A stretch of 64,000 nt of DNA, taken from the human T2T-CHM13v2.0 reference genome, Homo sapiens. Location of the stretch: the NCBI RefSeq assembly GCF_009914755.1, contig NC_060925.1. One strand, written 5' to 3'. The number at the start of each line of letters is the position of its first letter. Position 1 is the stretch's first letter. The position numbers and the translations under genes are program-made. Below are positions 16,557-36,018 of the stretch, one piece after another. Under the pieces are notes generated by a model. The model was not told the DNA's origin, ran no database searches, and saw only the letters and a list, made by a program, of their open reading frames with translations.

Positions 16557-19500
16557 CTAAGAATAATAGCCTCCAGTTCCATCCATGTCCCGGCAAAAGA
16601 CATAACCTCATTCTTTATAGTGGCTGCATAGTATTTCATGGTGTATTTGTACCACATTTTCTTTATCTGTCATTGGTGGGCATTTAGGTTAATTCCATGT
16701 CTTTGCTATTGTGAGTAGTGCTGCAAATGAACATTTGTGACATGTATCTTTAAGGTAGAATGATTTGTATTCCTCTGGGAATATAACCAGTAATGAGGTT
16801 GCTGGATTGAATGGTAGTTCTGCTTTCAGCTCTTTGAGGAATCACCATACTTATTTCAGCAATGAACTAATTTACACTCCCTCCGACAGTGTATAAGTGT
16901 TCCCTTTTCTCCAAAATCTCACCAGCATCTGTTGTTTTTTGACTTTTTAATAATAGACATTCTGACTACTGTGAGATGGTATCTCATTGTGGTTTTGATT
17001 TGCATTCCTTTAATGATCAGTGATATTGAACTTTTCTTCATATGCTTGTTGGCCACGTGTATGTCTTCTTTAGATAAGTGTCTGTTCATATCCTTTGCCC
17101 ACTTTTTAATGCGGTGGTTTGTTTTTCTCTTGCAAAGTTGTTTAAGTTCCCTATAGATGCCGGATATAAGATCTTTGTCAGATGCATAGTTTGCAAATAT
17201 TTTCTCCCATTCTGTAGGTTGTCTGTTGACTCTGTTGATAGTTTCTTTCATAGTGCAGAAGCTCTTAAGTTTAATTAGATCCCACTTATCAGTTTTTGCT
17301 TCTGTTGCAATTGCTTTTTGTGTCTTTGTCATGAAATCTTTGCCCATTCTTATGTCCAGGATGGTATTGCCTAGGTTGTCTTTTAGGGTTTTTATAGCTT
17401 TAGGTTTTCCATTTAAGTCTTTAATCCATCTTGAGTTGATTTTTGTATATGGGGTAAGGAAGGGGTCAGGTTTCAATATTCTGCATATGGTTAGGCAGTT
17501 ATCCCAGCACCATATATTGAATAGTGAGTCTTTTTTCCATTGCTTGTTTTAATCAGCTTTGTCAAAGATCAGATGGTTGTAGCTGTGTGGCCTTATTTCT
17601 GAGTTCTGTATTCTGTTCCATTGGCCTATGTGTCTGTCTTTGTACATGTATCATTCTGTTTCAGTTACTGTAGCACTGTAGTATAGTTTGAAGTTGGGTA
17701 ACATGATGGCTCCAGCTTTGAACTTTTTGCTTAAGATTGCCTTGGCTATTTGGGCTCTTTATTGATTCTATATAAATTTTAAAATATATTTTTCTAGTTC
17801 TTTGAAGAATGTCATTGGTAGCTTGATAGGAATAGCACTGAATCTGTAAATCCCTTTAGATAGTACCGTTTTAACGATATTGATTCTTCCTATCCATGAG
17901 CAGGGGATGATTTTTACTTTTTTGTGTCTTCTCTGATTTGAGCAGGATCTTGTAAGTCTCATTGTAAAGATCTTTAACCTCCATGGTTAGCTGTATTCCT
18001 AGGTATTTTATTCTTTTGTGGCAATTGTGAGTGGGATTGCCTTTCTGATTTGACTCTCTGTTTGGCTGTTTTTTGTGTAGAGGAATGCTAGTGATCTTTG
18101 TACATTGATTTTGTATCCTGAAACTTTGTTGAAGTCATTTATCAGCTGAAGGAGCTTTTGGGCCAAGACTATAGGGTTTTCTAAATATAGAATCATGTCA
18201 TCTGCAAACAGGAATAGTTTGTCTTCTTCTCTTCCTATTTGGATGCCCTTCATTTCTTTCTCTTGCCTGATTGCTCTGGCTAGGACTTCTGATACTATGT
18301 TGAATTGAAGTAGTGAAAGGGAATCCTTGTCTTGCACCAGTTTTTAAGAAGAATGCTTCCACCTTTCGTCCATTGATTATAATGCTGGCTGTGGGTTTGT
18401 CATAGATGGTTTTATTATTTTGAGGTATGTTCCTTCAGTACCTAGTTTATTGAGAGTTTTTAACATGAAGGGATGTTGAATTTTATAGAAAGCCCTTTCT
18501 GTGTTTGTTGAGATAATCATGTGGTTTTTGTCTTTAGTTTTGTTGATGTGATGACTCACATTTATTGATTTGCATATGCTGAACCAACCTTGCATCCTGG
18601 GGATGAAGTGTACCTGATCATGATGGATTAACTTTTTGATTCAGTTTGCCAATATTTTGTTGAGGATTTTTGCATCAATGTTCATTAAGGATATTGGCCT
18701 GAAGTTTTATTTTTTTTGTTGTTGTGTCTCTGCCAGGTTTTGATATCAAGATGATGCTGGCCTCATAGAATTAGTTGGAAGGAGTCCCTTTTTCTCAATT
18801 TTTTTGGAATAGTTTCTATAGGAATGGTACCAGCTCTTATTTTAACATCTGGTAGAATCTAGGTTTTCTAGTTTGTGTGCATAGAGGTGTTCATAGTATT
18901 TTCTGATGGTTGTTTTTATTTCTATGGGGTCAGTGGTAACATTCCCTTCATTATTTCTAATTGTATTTAATTGGATCTTCTCTCTTCTTCTTTATTAATC
19001 TAACTAGCAGCCTATCTTATTTGTTTTTTCAAAAAACCAACCCCTGCATTCCTGGATCTTTTTAATGATTTTTAATGTCTCATTTTCCTTCAGTTCAGCT
19101 CTGATTTATGTATGTTTTGTCTTCTGCTAGCTTTGGGGTTTATTTGTCCTTGCTTCTCTAATTCTTTCAGTTGTGATGTTAGGTTATTAGTTTTAGATCT
19201 TCCTAACTTTTTGATGTGGGCATTTAGTGCTATAAATGTCCCTCTTAACACTGCCATAGCTGTGTCCCAGAGATTCTGGTAAGTTGTATCTTTGTTCTAA
19301 TTATTTTCAAAGAATTTCTTGATTTCTGCCTTTTAACTTCATATTTACCCAAAAAGTCATTAGGAGAATGTTGTTGAATTTCCATAGAATTGCATGGTTT
19401 TGAGTGATGTTTCTTAGTCTTTACTTCTATTTTTATTGTGCTGTGGTCCAAGAGTGTGTTTGGTATAATTGTTGTTCTTTTGCATTTGTTGAGCATTGTT

Positions 19501-20290
19501 TTATTCCAATTGTGTGGTTGATTTTAGAGTATGTGCCATGTAGTGATAAGAAGAATGTGTATTCTGCTGTTTTGGGGTAGAAAGCTCTGTAAAGGTCTAT
19601 CAGATCCATTTGGTCCAATGTTGAGTTCAGGTCCTAAATATCTTTGTTAATTTTCTGTCTTGATGATCAGTCTAATACTGTCAGTGGAGTGCTGAAGTCT
19701 CCCATTAATATTGTGTGAGAATCTATCTCTCTTTATAGGTCTCTAACAACTTGCTTTATGAATCTGGGTGCTCCTGTGTTGGGTACATATATTATATTTA
19801 GGACAGTTAGGTCTTCTTGTTGAATTGAACACTTTACCATTGTGTAATGCCCTTCTTTGTCTTTTTCAGTCTTTATTAGTTTGAAATCTGTTTTGTCCGA
19901 AATGAAGATTGCAACTCTGCTTTTTCCTGTTCTCCATTTGCTTGGTAGATTTTCCTCCATCCTTTTATCTTGAGCCTATGCATATCCTTACATGTGAGAT
20001 GGATCTCTTGAAGACAGCATACCATTGGGTCTTGCTTCTTTATCCACCTTACCACTCTGTGCTTTTTAAGTGGGGCATGTAGCCCATTTACATTCAAGGT
20101 TAGTATTGATATGTGTGAATTTGATCCTGTCATTGTGCAGTTAGCTGGTTACTATGTTGGCTTGTTTGTGTGGTTGCTATATAGTGACACTGGTCTGTGT
20201 ATTTAAGTGTGTTTTTGTGTTAGCTGGTAGCTGTCTTTTCTTTCTATATTTAGTGCTCCTTTCAAGATCTCTTGTAAGGCAGGTCTTGGC

Positions 20291-20467
20291 TTTCTGACAG
20301 CCAAGTTTCCATCAGTTGATATGGGATATTTGTTGCACAACAATTTGTAAAAGATTTGGCTAACTTTGGCTGAATTTGCTACAACTCCAAAAAGAATCCA
20401 GATACACCATGAATTTTACTTACATTCATTCTATTCTGACATTGGCCAGGAAGATAGGAGTAGGTGA
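20291..20467 (+). repeat. Dispersed duplicate of unique sequence 25558-25736, inserted into L1
   Basis: Manual alignment gives about 12 differences over ~179 bp, same orientation. L1 sequence continues on both sides. Confidence 0.92.
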
Positions 20468-22199
20468 TAGGAGGAGGGAACTCACATTTCTCTCACATTT
20501 GCTTATCTGAAGAGGATCTTATTTCTCCTTCACTTAGGAAGCTTAGTTTGGCTGGATAAAAAATTCTTGATTGAAGATTTTTTTCTTTATGATTGTTGAA
20601 TATAAGCCCTCAATCTCTTCTGGCTTTTAGGGTTTCAACTGAGAGGTCCAGGGTTAACCTAATGGGGTTCCCTTTTTAAGTGACCTGCCTTTTCCCTCTG
20701 TCTTTAACATTCTTTCTTTCTTTCTTTCAATTCAACTTTGGAAAATACTGTGATTTTATGCCTTAGGGATAATCTTCTTGTGTAGAATCTTTCAGGAGTT
20801 CTCTGTATTTCCTGAATTTAATCTTTAGCAAGGTTGGGGAAGTTTTCATGGATGATATCCTAAATTGTGTTTTCCAAGTTTTTTGCTTTCTCCTGCTTCC
20901 TTTCAGGGATGCCAGTGATTCATAGATGTGACCTCTTTACATAATACCATACTTCTCAGAGGTTTTGTTCATTCCTTCTTTTTCTTTTCTCTTTATTGTT
21001 GTCTGACTGTCTTATTTCAGAGAATCAGTCTTCTAGTTCTGAGATTCTTTCCTCAGCTTGGTTTATTCTGCTGTTAATACCTGTGGTTGCATCGTGAAAT
21101 TCTTGTATTGTGTCATTCAGCTCGGTCCGACCCATTAGTTTCTTTTTTATACTGGATACTTCATCCTTCAGCTCCTGTATGGCTTTGTTGTGATTTTTAT
21201 TTTCCTTGGATTGGGTTTTGCTATCCCCCTGAATCTCAATAATCTTTGTTCCTATCCATATTCTGAATTCTATTTTTGTCATTCCAGCCAGTTCAGCCTG
21301 GTTAAGAACTCTTTTTGAAGAACTGGTGTGGTTGTTTGGAGGACATATGACATTCTGGCCATTTGAGTTACCAGGGTTCTTGCTTTGGTTCTTTCTCATC
21401 TCTGCATGTGGATGTTCATTTAACTGCAGTTTACATTGAGTACAGTCAAGAGACTTCTTTTCTGGATGTCTTCACCAGATGGAGTCTTTGTGTAGGGTCT
21501 TTGTTTGAAGCTGACTTCTTGTCTCTGGTTTCAGAGGGGGTTATGTTAATGAGGGACTTTTGGTGTTGAAGCTTTGGGGTGTGATTCAACATGTGGCACT
21601 TAGGCTTATTGGTCAGTTGGTAGATTCTTGCTCGGTCCTGTGGCTCTTCTATGGTTCCTCACAGTTTCAGCCATGTTCTCTCTCAATGCTCTGAAAGTGT
21701 GGATTCCTCTCCCCCTTGAGTGCTGGCTATAGATTGCAACTTGGCACTCCTAGGCTGCCCACTGCAGCTCTGGTACAATCTCAGTGGTTACGTTCCTTCC
21801 ACAGCTTGGAGGTAGCAGAGGAAGGGACCTCAGTAGTGGTTGTGCCAAAGGGTCTTTTGCTTGTCTCCTGGAGGCTCCAACCCAGAGAGATGCAGGTCAG
21901 CAATCAGATAGTGCAATCACCCTAGAATGGAAGGCCTGTGCTATGGGCTCAAACCAGGGGTTCCCTGTCTGGTGAGGAGCAGTGGGGTTGTGTGGGACCC
22001 GTGGGAGAAGGACTGGTCTTTTTTTGGGTTGATTGCAACTTGTTGGAGGTGTGGATAAGACACTTAGGGTCTTTGTTCCTTCATTAGTCCAAGGGGAACA
22101 AGGACTGTGGCAGACTCAGTGACAGAGAGGTTTTCAGTTGCCCCTGGAAGCTCTGTCCAGGGAGTTGCCGAATTACTACTGACTCAATAGCTCTGGTGG

Positions 22200-23086
22200 T
22201 TGGTGGCTGGAGGTCCAGACCTAGAGTACCTTCCCAGTGAGGAGATATGGGAATGGACATCCATCTAACAGTCTGGCCACTTTTCCGTAAGGCTGCTGGG
22301 GTACACTTAGGGGTCCACTCCAGTCCCTAGTTACCTCAGGTTTTCCAGTACCCAAAGGTATCACCAGCGAAGTCTGCAAAACAGCAAAGATGGCAGTCTG
22401 ACTCTCCCTCTGGGATTTTCACCCCAGGGAGTTATGAACCTGATGCCGGCCTGAATGCACCTGGGGTAGGTGACTGAAGACCCTGGTTGGGAGGTCCAAC
22501 CTAGTGAGGAGGAATGGAATCAGGGGCCTGCTTTAAAAAGCAGTCTGGACACATTTTTGTAGAGTGGCTGTGCTGTGCTGTGGGTCCACTTCAGCCCCCG
22601 ATCACCTCAGATACTCCAAAGCCTGAAGGCAGGATTGGTTAAGTCATCAAACAGCAAAGATGGTGGGCTGCCCCTTCCTCTGGGAGATCTGTCCCAGGGA
22701 GGTTGCAAACCTCTGTTGGCCAGAGAACCCCACTGGGGGTGGCTAGAGATCCTGGTTGGGAGGTACTGCCCAGTGAAGAGGAATGGAATCAGGAACCCAC
22801 TTAAAAAAGCAGTCTGACCACATTTTGCAGAGCAGTTGGAGGACTGCCTCCATCTCTCTTGAGAACTATGTTGGGGCACTGCCTCCACCTCTGGTCGGCT
22901 TGGACTCTCCAAAGCCTGAAGGCTGGAGTGGCTAAGTCAGTCTGGGAGTGCTGTTCCAGGGAGATTTCAAATTTCTGTCAGTTGGAGAACAACGGTTGGG
23001 GTGGCTGGAGGCCACCCAGTTGGTTGGGAGGTCCCACCCAGTGAGGAAGAATGGGATCAGGGACCTGATCTAAAAAGCAGTCTGGC
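22200..23086 (-). repeat. Tandem ~270-bp monomer array of the old L1PA 5'UTR
   Basis: Unit cagtgaggaggaatggaatcaggg...taaaaagcagtctgg recurs near 22503, 22771 and 23039, with a degraded copy near 22235. Confidence 0.8.
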
Positions 23087-23481
23087 CTGGCTTCTCTTTC
23101 TGATCATTACTCTTTAGAGTGTTTCTTGCCTTTTTCCAAAGTTTGACGAGGAAAGTCTGAGTCTGTATCTTTTCTTAACTATATGCCTGTTCAGAATTCA
23201 CAAAGCCTTCAAGTTGCAAGTCTGACTGCCTAGCATTTTCACTGTTTCTGCTACTCAGCCAGAAGTCTTAAAGGTCAGTGATGGCTTACCACATTCATGA
23301 AACCTTTTCAGGGAGCTCCAACTCATGATGACTTATTTTTTAAATACTGTAGCCATTCATGTACGTACCATTCATTTACACTTGTAACATCTTGCACTAT
23401 ATTGTTATTTGTGATATTATGTGTAAAGGCAGCTAAAATAGAGTGAAGAAAACTCCATCAGGGTTATTTCTCACAGGCATT

Positions 23482-23566
23482 TATATATATATATAAATAT
23501 ATATATAATATATCTGTGTGTATGTGTATATATATATATATATATATACACACACATATATATATG
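23482..23566. repeat. (TA)n/(TG)n/(CA)n compound microsatellite
   Basis: Directly visible dinucleotide runs. Confidence 0.9.
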
Positions 23567-23636
23567 CACCTCTCATGCTTGCTACTTGATAAATGTTCAC
23601 TAAATGTTTGTATAATTATCACATTTAGAAGTTTGA

Positions 23637-23940
23637 GGCCAGGCGCAGTGGCTCACGCCTGTAATCCCAGCACTTTGAGAGGCCGAGGCGGGCAGATCAC
23701 GAGGTCAGGAGATCAAGACCATCCTGGCTAACACGGTGAAACCCCGTCTCTACTAAAAATACAGAAAATTAGCCAGGCATGGTGGTGGGTGCCTGTATTC
23801 CCAACTACTCGGGAGGCTGAGGCAGAAGAGTGGCGTGAACCTAGGAGGCGGAGCTTTCAGTGAGCCGAGATCGCGCCACTGCACTCCAGCCTGGGCGACA
23901 GAGCAAGACTCCGTCTCCAAAAAAAAAAAAAAAAAAAAAA
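23637..23940 (+). mobile_element. AluY
   Basis: Full Alu, CpG-rich, pure A tail, aagtttga TSD on both sides. Confidence 0.95.
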
Positions 23941-24939
23941 GTTTGAATATCACTGGATAGTAAGCATCTGAAAAACAATCTGAAGTCATGTGATCAAAGT
24001 TTTGCCACTTTCTTGGCATGTACCCACCCCTACCTAGTGCTTTATTAGAAGCCTGCCCACAGAATATACTCAACTCAGTGCTGGATTGACACCCCCATAT
24101 CTCAGTATCTCAGCCCACTCTGACGTCATTTCTGGAAGCACTACTGGCTTTCAAGCTTTCACAATTCTCTGAAGGATTCTGCAACACCACAGCGTGAGTA
24201 ATGAGGACATGTCATAAGTACTATGTACAACTTGTAATGAAGGTTGTAGATCAATGTCAGTGGCTCTTGTGGAGTCTCTGGGGTTTAGATAAACCCTCAC
24301 AAACACCTGGATCTGGACTAGCATCAAATGGCCCCCTCCTCTGAAAGTCAGTCCCCACTTCCACATATAAGTGTCTTCTACAATAGTGTTTCCTAACCAG
24401 AGGAAATAATTCTTCTGTGTGTTGGCTTTAGTGCCTCTTTTTCATGGTGTGGGTTTTATGTGTTTTCTTGTCTTTTTATTGAGGCACCTAGCTTGGGGCC
24501 TGCCTATTCTGGTTTCCTCACCTGCCCCTGGTCATCACGGGAAAGGAGTGGGACATGTGGCTAGACCTCAACTTTTCCTTTCTTCTTCTGGCCCCGACAC
24601 CCATGGCCACTGCTTCCCACTGCTTAGCACAGCAGCCTAGTTACTCCAAGAAGAGCAACTCACTTCATCCCCCGATGAAGGCTCCAGGGTGCCCTCCCAC
24701 TTCTTGTACCTGTGGATGTTAGGTTTGGAAGCCTCCCACCCACTCCTACCTCCACAGTGATTTTCTCTTGTTTGTGATTTGGTTCATAATTTGGAGGCTT
24801 GATTACTCTGTAGATTGGCTCTAGTAAGCTTTTTATCCTTCCAATATATCTCAAAATTTCACATCCACTAATATAGTAACCATCTCAGTTCATTAGGCTA
24901 GTGTTTGTTACAAATCAGTAGTTCCCCGATCCTAAGTTT

Positions 24940-25080
24940 TCATAACACTTTATAATTTACAAAACTATTTTGATTCTATCATTTAATTCTTACCACAACT
25001 TTGTCACAAAATTTTATAAATGAGGACAGTATGATTCATAGAAGTATAGTGACTTTCACAAAGTCACATGGCCATAAATG
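24940..25080. mobile_element. MIR fragment
   Basis: ttttataaatgaggac...gtgactttcacaaagtcacatggc matches the MIR core. Confidence 0.5.
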
Positions 25081-26049
25081 AAGAGGATGAGGAGATCTGT
25101 GTACTTTATACCATCAGAGGTAGGTCACAGGATACTCAGCTTTCCCGCACCTCCCAAATGCCCTCTACCCATTGGAACAACTATCCTGCCTACAGAACTT
25201 ACATTCAAACTCAGTGAATCCTACAACCATGTTGACTGGAACTCCTAATTTAAGCCCATCTCCATGATTACATTTTCATTCATTTTTAAGAACTCCCCCA
25301 CCCTAGTACTTTCATTTTTAATACTTTAGTTACAAAGAAATCATCTTTTTCTTACTAATGTCAATCAGTTTCAGCATCTACCTAGAACACTGGGCTAACA
25401 AGATTTCTGAAGCTAAATTCAGCATAGTAGCAGAGAATGTCAAAATCAATTAGTAATCTGCCACTATAGGAAAGGGGATGGTGATGGCCTCTGAGACATT
25501 TAAATCTATTCTTTCACCACTCACACTGCCGCCATATCTCCTCACCAACACCTCTGTTTTCTGACAGCCAAGTTTCCATCAGTTGATATGGGACTATTTG
25601 TTGCAAAACAATTGTTAAAAGATTTGGCTGACTTTGGCTGAATTTGCTACAACTCCAAAAAGAATCGAGATACACCATGAATTTTATTTTCATTTCATTC
25701 TATTCTGATATTGGTCAGGCAGATAGGAGTAGGTGACTGTTGATAAAAGTCCATCAATATGTATATCTTCAGTAATTTTTAAACAGACACAAGTAAAATT
25801 TTATATATAAGTTCCAGAAATGCAGCTTCTCTGGTCCTTAGTCCCAAGTCTCCTTTTCAGAATTATAGAAGTCCGTCTGAGTGACTTACAAGAAGAAAAT
25901 TTAGGAAGTAATCTGTCCTTTATTCAGGGATAGAACACAATGTCAGGAAAATTAAGAGCTAATTTTTCCAACTCTTGAAACTTAGCTACTTTATTTATCA
26001 GTCTTTGAGGGTGGGCATTTTATTCCTTAGCCAAATCACAAAAATTAAT

Positions 26050-26180
26050 GGAAGATAACTGGGTGAGGTGATGCCTATGTTAATTATCTTGATTGTGGCA
26101 CTCATTTCACAAAACATCATGATGTATACCTTGAATACATACAATTATTATTTGTCAATTATAACTCCATAAAACTGGGG
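26050..26180 (+). mobile_element. L1M 3'-end fragment
   Basis: tatgttaattatcttgattgtggc...ttgtcaattataactcc resembles an L1MA/MB 3'UTR. Confidence 0.5.
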
Positions 26181-26259
26181 AGACATTCTAGTTAAAAGAG
26201 TGATAGAAAACTTATTCTAAATAAGCCAAGCAAATGTTCACCCAGGAAAACAAAATTGA

Positions 26260-26402
26260 ATATATTTCTGTGTATATATACTTATTATATGTATACACAT
26301 ATAGAAAGAATATATATGTATGTGTGTATACATATATATGTATATGTATATATACATATGTATATATATGTGTGTGTGTGTGTATATATATATACACACA
26401 CA
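26260..26402. repeat. (TA)n/(TG)n microsatellite
   Basis: Directly visible dinucleotide runs. Confidence 0.9.
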
Positions 26403-27275
26403 GCTCCTAAAATGAGGCACTTGAAACTAGACAGACATTAGGGAAAATGTTAAAGCTATTTTGAATTTTTGTGTTTTGTAGTTTGAATGTTATAATTGAC
26501 AAAATATAAGATAGCATTCTTCTACGTTGCACCACATTTTCTTATACTACCAATAAATAAATTATATTGCTAATTTTAACAAAAAAGAATTAATGGAAAT
26601 CCCAGGTCCTCAGCTTTTAGTAACAATTTTTGATGTTACCTGCCTTAGACTCACAAAATCAAGTAAATTATGAATAGTATAATTGAATCTTGGCCAACAA
26701 ATACTTCAAGCCAAGTTTCGGCCTCTCCCTGGGCATAGACCCTAAGACAAGCTAACTTTTGGCAAATCATTTCTTCAGAAAAGGAACAAAGAACATGAAA
26801 GTGTGAGTAACAATAAAAACTGAGGAGAGAAAAGTCAAGCTTGCACAAATTGTTGATGATATCATTATAGCATCTGACACATGGCAACACACTCCTCCAG
26901 GCTCATTACTCAACCATAAAAGAGCCCAATTGACTCCTTGGGATCTGCTTATTTAAATTAGAGATGGTGTTTGCTCTGAAGAAATACTCATCCTTAATTG
27001 AATTTTCCTCTAAGCCATGGTTTGTGGGAGGTGGTGAGGAGGAGGAGAAACAGCGAGGAGTGCATATTGACAAAGGCTCCCAGACAAAAGTGGAAGGCTG
27101 CTATCTTCATTTGTTTCTGTGGAACTGGAGGCTGTGTCATGCAATATCAGGAGAACTAAAAGGACCACCTAGTTCTTTCACAGGAGTTATGCTCTGCCTA
27201 TTTTTGTAGGTAAAATAGCCCAATTAGAAGCAGATAATTAAGATAAATACATCATTTTCACTTTGGTGTGAATTT

Positions 27276-27328
27276 ATCCATCCATCCATTTATCCATCCA
27301 TCCATCCATCCATGCATCCATTCATTCT
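27276..27328. repeat. (TCCA)n microsatellite at an L2 tail; L2 remnant follows to ~27840
   Basis: tccatccatccat runs followed by L2-like gtgccagg...ccctgccctcattgaa. Confidence 0.7.
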
Positions 27329-27845
27329 CCAGTCATCACACATGTACAGACTGGCTGTAAGGTGCCAGGATTCCTGCCAAATATTAGGGATAAAACTGTA
27401 GACAGAAGACAGCCCCTGCCCTCATTGAATCTAAGACCTAGTGAATGAAACATACAAGTGATTTAGCAATTAAAATTGATACCAGGCAAAACACAAAGTT
27501 CAGGATGTTTTATGGGAATACATAGAATAAGTATCCAGTCTCAGAGTTAAAAGGAAGCTGTCCTAGAATAAGTGATCACTGAATCTAGAAAAAAGAGCAG
27601 ACATTATAAAAGGAAGGAAAGAAAATATTTCAAGCAGAGAGAACAGTGCAACAAGTTTAGAAAACTGAATGTAGTTTATTCTGCTTGAGATGTACAGCAT
27701 TAAGGGTAGAGGGCAAAAATAGGTAGGCTTTGTAGAAGGTGAGGCTCAAGAGACAGGGAGCAACCAGGTCATAAATCTATGAGCAAAACTTAGAAATGTT
27801 GTGTCACTGTGTCACTGTGAGAAATGGAAATCACCAAAAGAATTA

Positions 27846-34016
<6,171 letters not shown>

Positions 34017-34119
34017 ACCTCAGTCATCCCACTTTTATATGGCTTTGACTTCTATTAAATGCTATTAATAAAAAAAATAATTATTTAAATAAGATAGATT
34101 ATTTTTCTCTCATGTAAAA

Positions 34120-34687
34120 TTTTGGGGCCAAGGAAAAACTTCCCCTTCACCCTCTTAAAGTTCACTGAAAATCACTGACAAGGGGCAGCTTAATGCGATA
34201 AAAAGCATACAAATTTATTAACATGTACTTGGAAGCCTTCAGAATGAAGACACACTCCCCACTCTTTAGATCATACCTTATTGGTCCAATTATATTTCTA
34301 CACAGCTTCTATCTGGATCCTTCTTGGCCTCTCTGAGCATGCATTTCTTCCTTCTGGGTATCGGTAGAGACTTCTCTGGAACAGGGGTCTTATGACCTAC
34401 AGTCAAACAAGGTAGATCAGATAATTTATTTATGGCCAGTTTTTACAAAGAAATGTGGAGTCAAAGTGAGAGTAATAATTTTAGGTTTTATGACTGGCTT
34501 TGGGAAAAGAGGGTTCTAGTTTCCATGACCCCACCTTGGGGAAAAGGGGATTCTAGTGTCTCTGGTTATCCTCAGGGGAGAACGAGACTGAGAAGAGGCA
34601 GGAGAATGTAAGAAAAAACTTTTGCTTCTGAGGCTGTTTCCGAGGCCTTCATTTTGTGGTATTTTCCAAGTTTTCTGAGTCCCAACA
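34120..34687 (-). mobile_element. ERV1 solo LTR (MER39/MER34-like) nested in an MLT1-like remnant
   Basis: Similar to 1250-2408, terminal cccaaca, aaaa flanks. MLT1-like sequence lies on both sides (~34050-34119, ~34690-35150). Confidence 0.65.
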
Positions 34688-35169
34688 AAAACAAGACCAG
34701 GAGTAGGCAGTCCAAATTACCTCCATGATGAAAGAAACATCAAAGATCCCAACTTATTCTAGCTTTCAGCTCTGCCATCTTTAGTGCAGGAGTTCTTGCC
34801 ATAAGACCATTTCAAGCTCTTAAGATGGCCACTTCAGCTTTAGGCACTATTTCTGCTAAGCAGGGAGATGGAATAATAGAAAAAGAATAGCAGGTTACAG
34901 TGCCCCTGAGTGAGACTCTTTTTACAGAGCTCTTATAGATGCCACTCTCTACTTATATCTACTTATACTTTGACTTATATCGCCTTGGCCAGAATATAGA
35001 ACATCTCCTTGGCCAGAATAACCATTCCAACTGCAAGGGATGCTAGTAGCTGAGCACAATTGCTCTCTCTAACAAAATCAGGCTTCTGTTAGTAAGGATG
35101 AAAGAAAAAAGATATTAAGGGCAACTAATAGTCTTTGCTATGCCACACCATGTTAACCTTGTTCAGAAA

Positions 35170-35430
35170 TCAATGGGTTATCATCTAAGTGTTTCAAGCT
35201 AAGAAGTGACATGGTCAAATGTGCATTTTCAAAAGCACCTGATGGATGTAGGACAGATAGAGGATTGGAGAGGACATGACTGGTGACAAGGGGAGCTGTT
35301 AGGAGGACGTCAAATAAGTCTAGGCAATAAGTGATAGTGGCCAACAAGTGTGATTTGATGAAGATTGAAGGTGAGATCCAGAGGAAACCAGGAGTGTAAA
35401 GGAATAAACAGTAGAATCCTGTTGGCATCA
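35170..35430. mobile_element. L2 fragment
   Basis: aagtgacatggtcaaatgtgcattttcaaaag resembles L2 consensus. Confidence 0.5.
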
Positions 35431-36018
35431 AAGATGAATATTACCCACCTTACCATTGTATCTGATATGGCTCATTCCCATCTCAGTCCCATTCTTCTAG
35501 GCAAAGCAAATCAACATTGAATTTAACTCAGCTTCTCGGATGTCACTCAGCAATTGGGTTTATCAGGGTGCTCGTCCTATGATTTTTTAATGTTACAAAT
35601 TTATTCTTATTAGACTTGCACATCTATATATAAAATATCATGCATATTCAGAAGTAGAATTTCCCAAATCCCATTGTTTTTATGAAATATTTAATGCAGG
35701 CAAAATAATACATACTGTATATGTGTATATTATGGAACATAATAATGAAACTAACACTCATTATCCACTACCCAACCTAAGAATCAGAGTATTAGCAACA
35801 CTTCCTTATCACCCCAAGAGAGTCAAAATACCCACACTTTTCTGATATCTATCACCACGCCTTTTATAGACACATAGATAAAGAAAAGTGACAGGAATAC
35901 GAGACCTTGATGGTCTCATATTTTTCCCAGCCATGACTTACCCTAAAACCTTAACAATAAAAACTAATATATAGTATTTACCAGGTAGATGTCCGGAACC
36001 TTCTAAATGCTTTATATA

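Noticed and set aside
22200-23086. CRISPR-like or novel spaced repeat array
   Set aside because: The units are whole diverged monomers of an old L1PA 5'UTR inside the L1 TSDs. There are no unique spacers or cas genes, and the context is eukaryotic.
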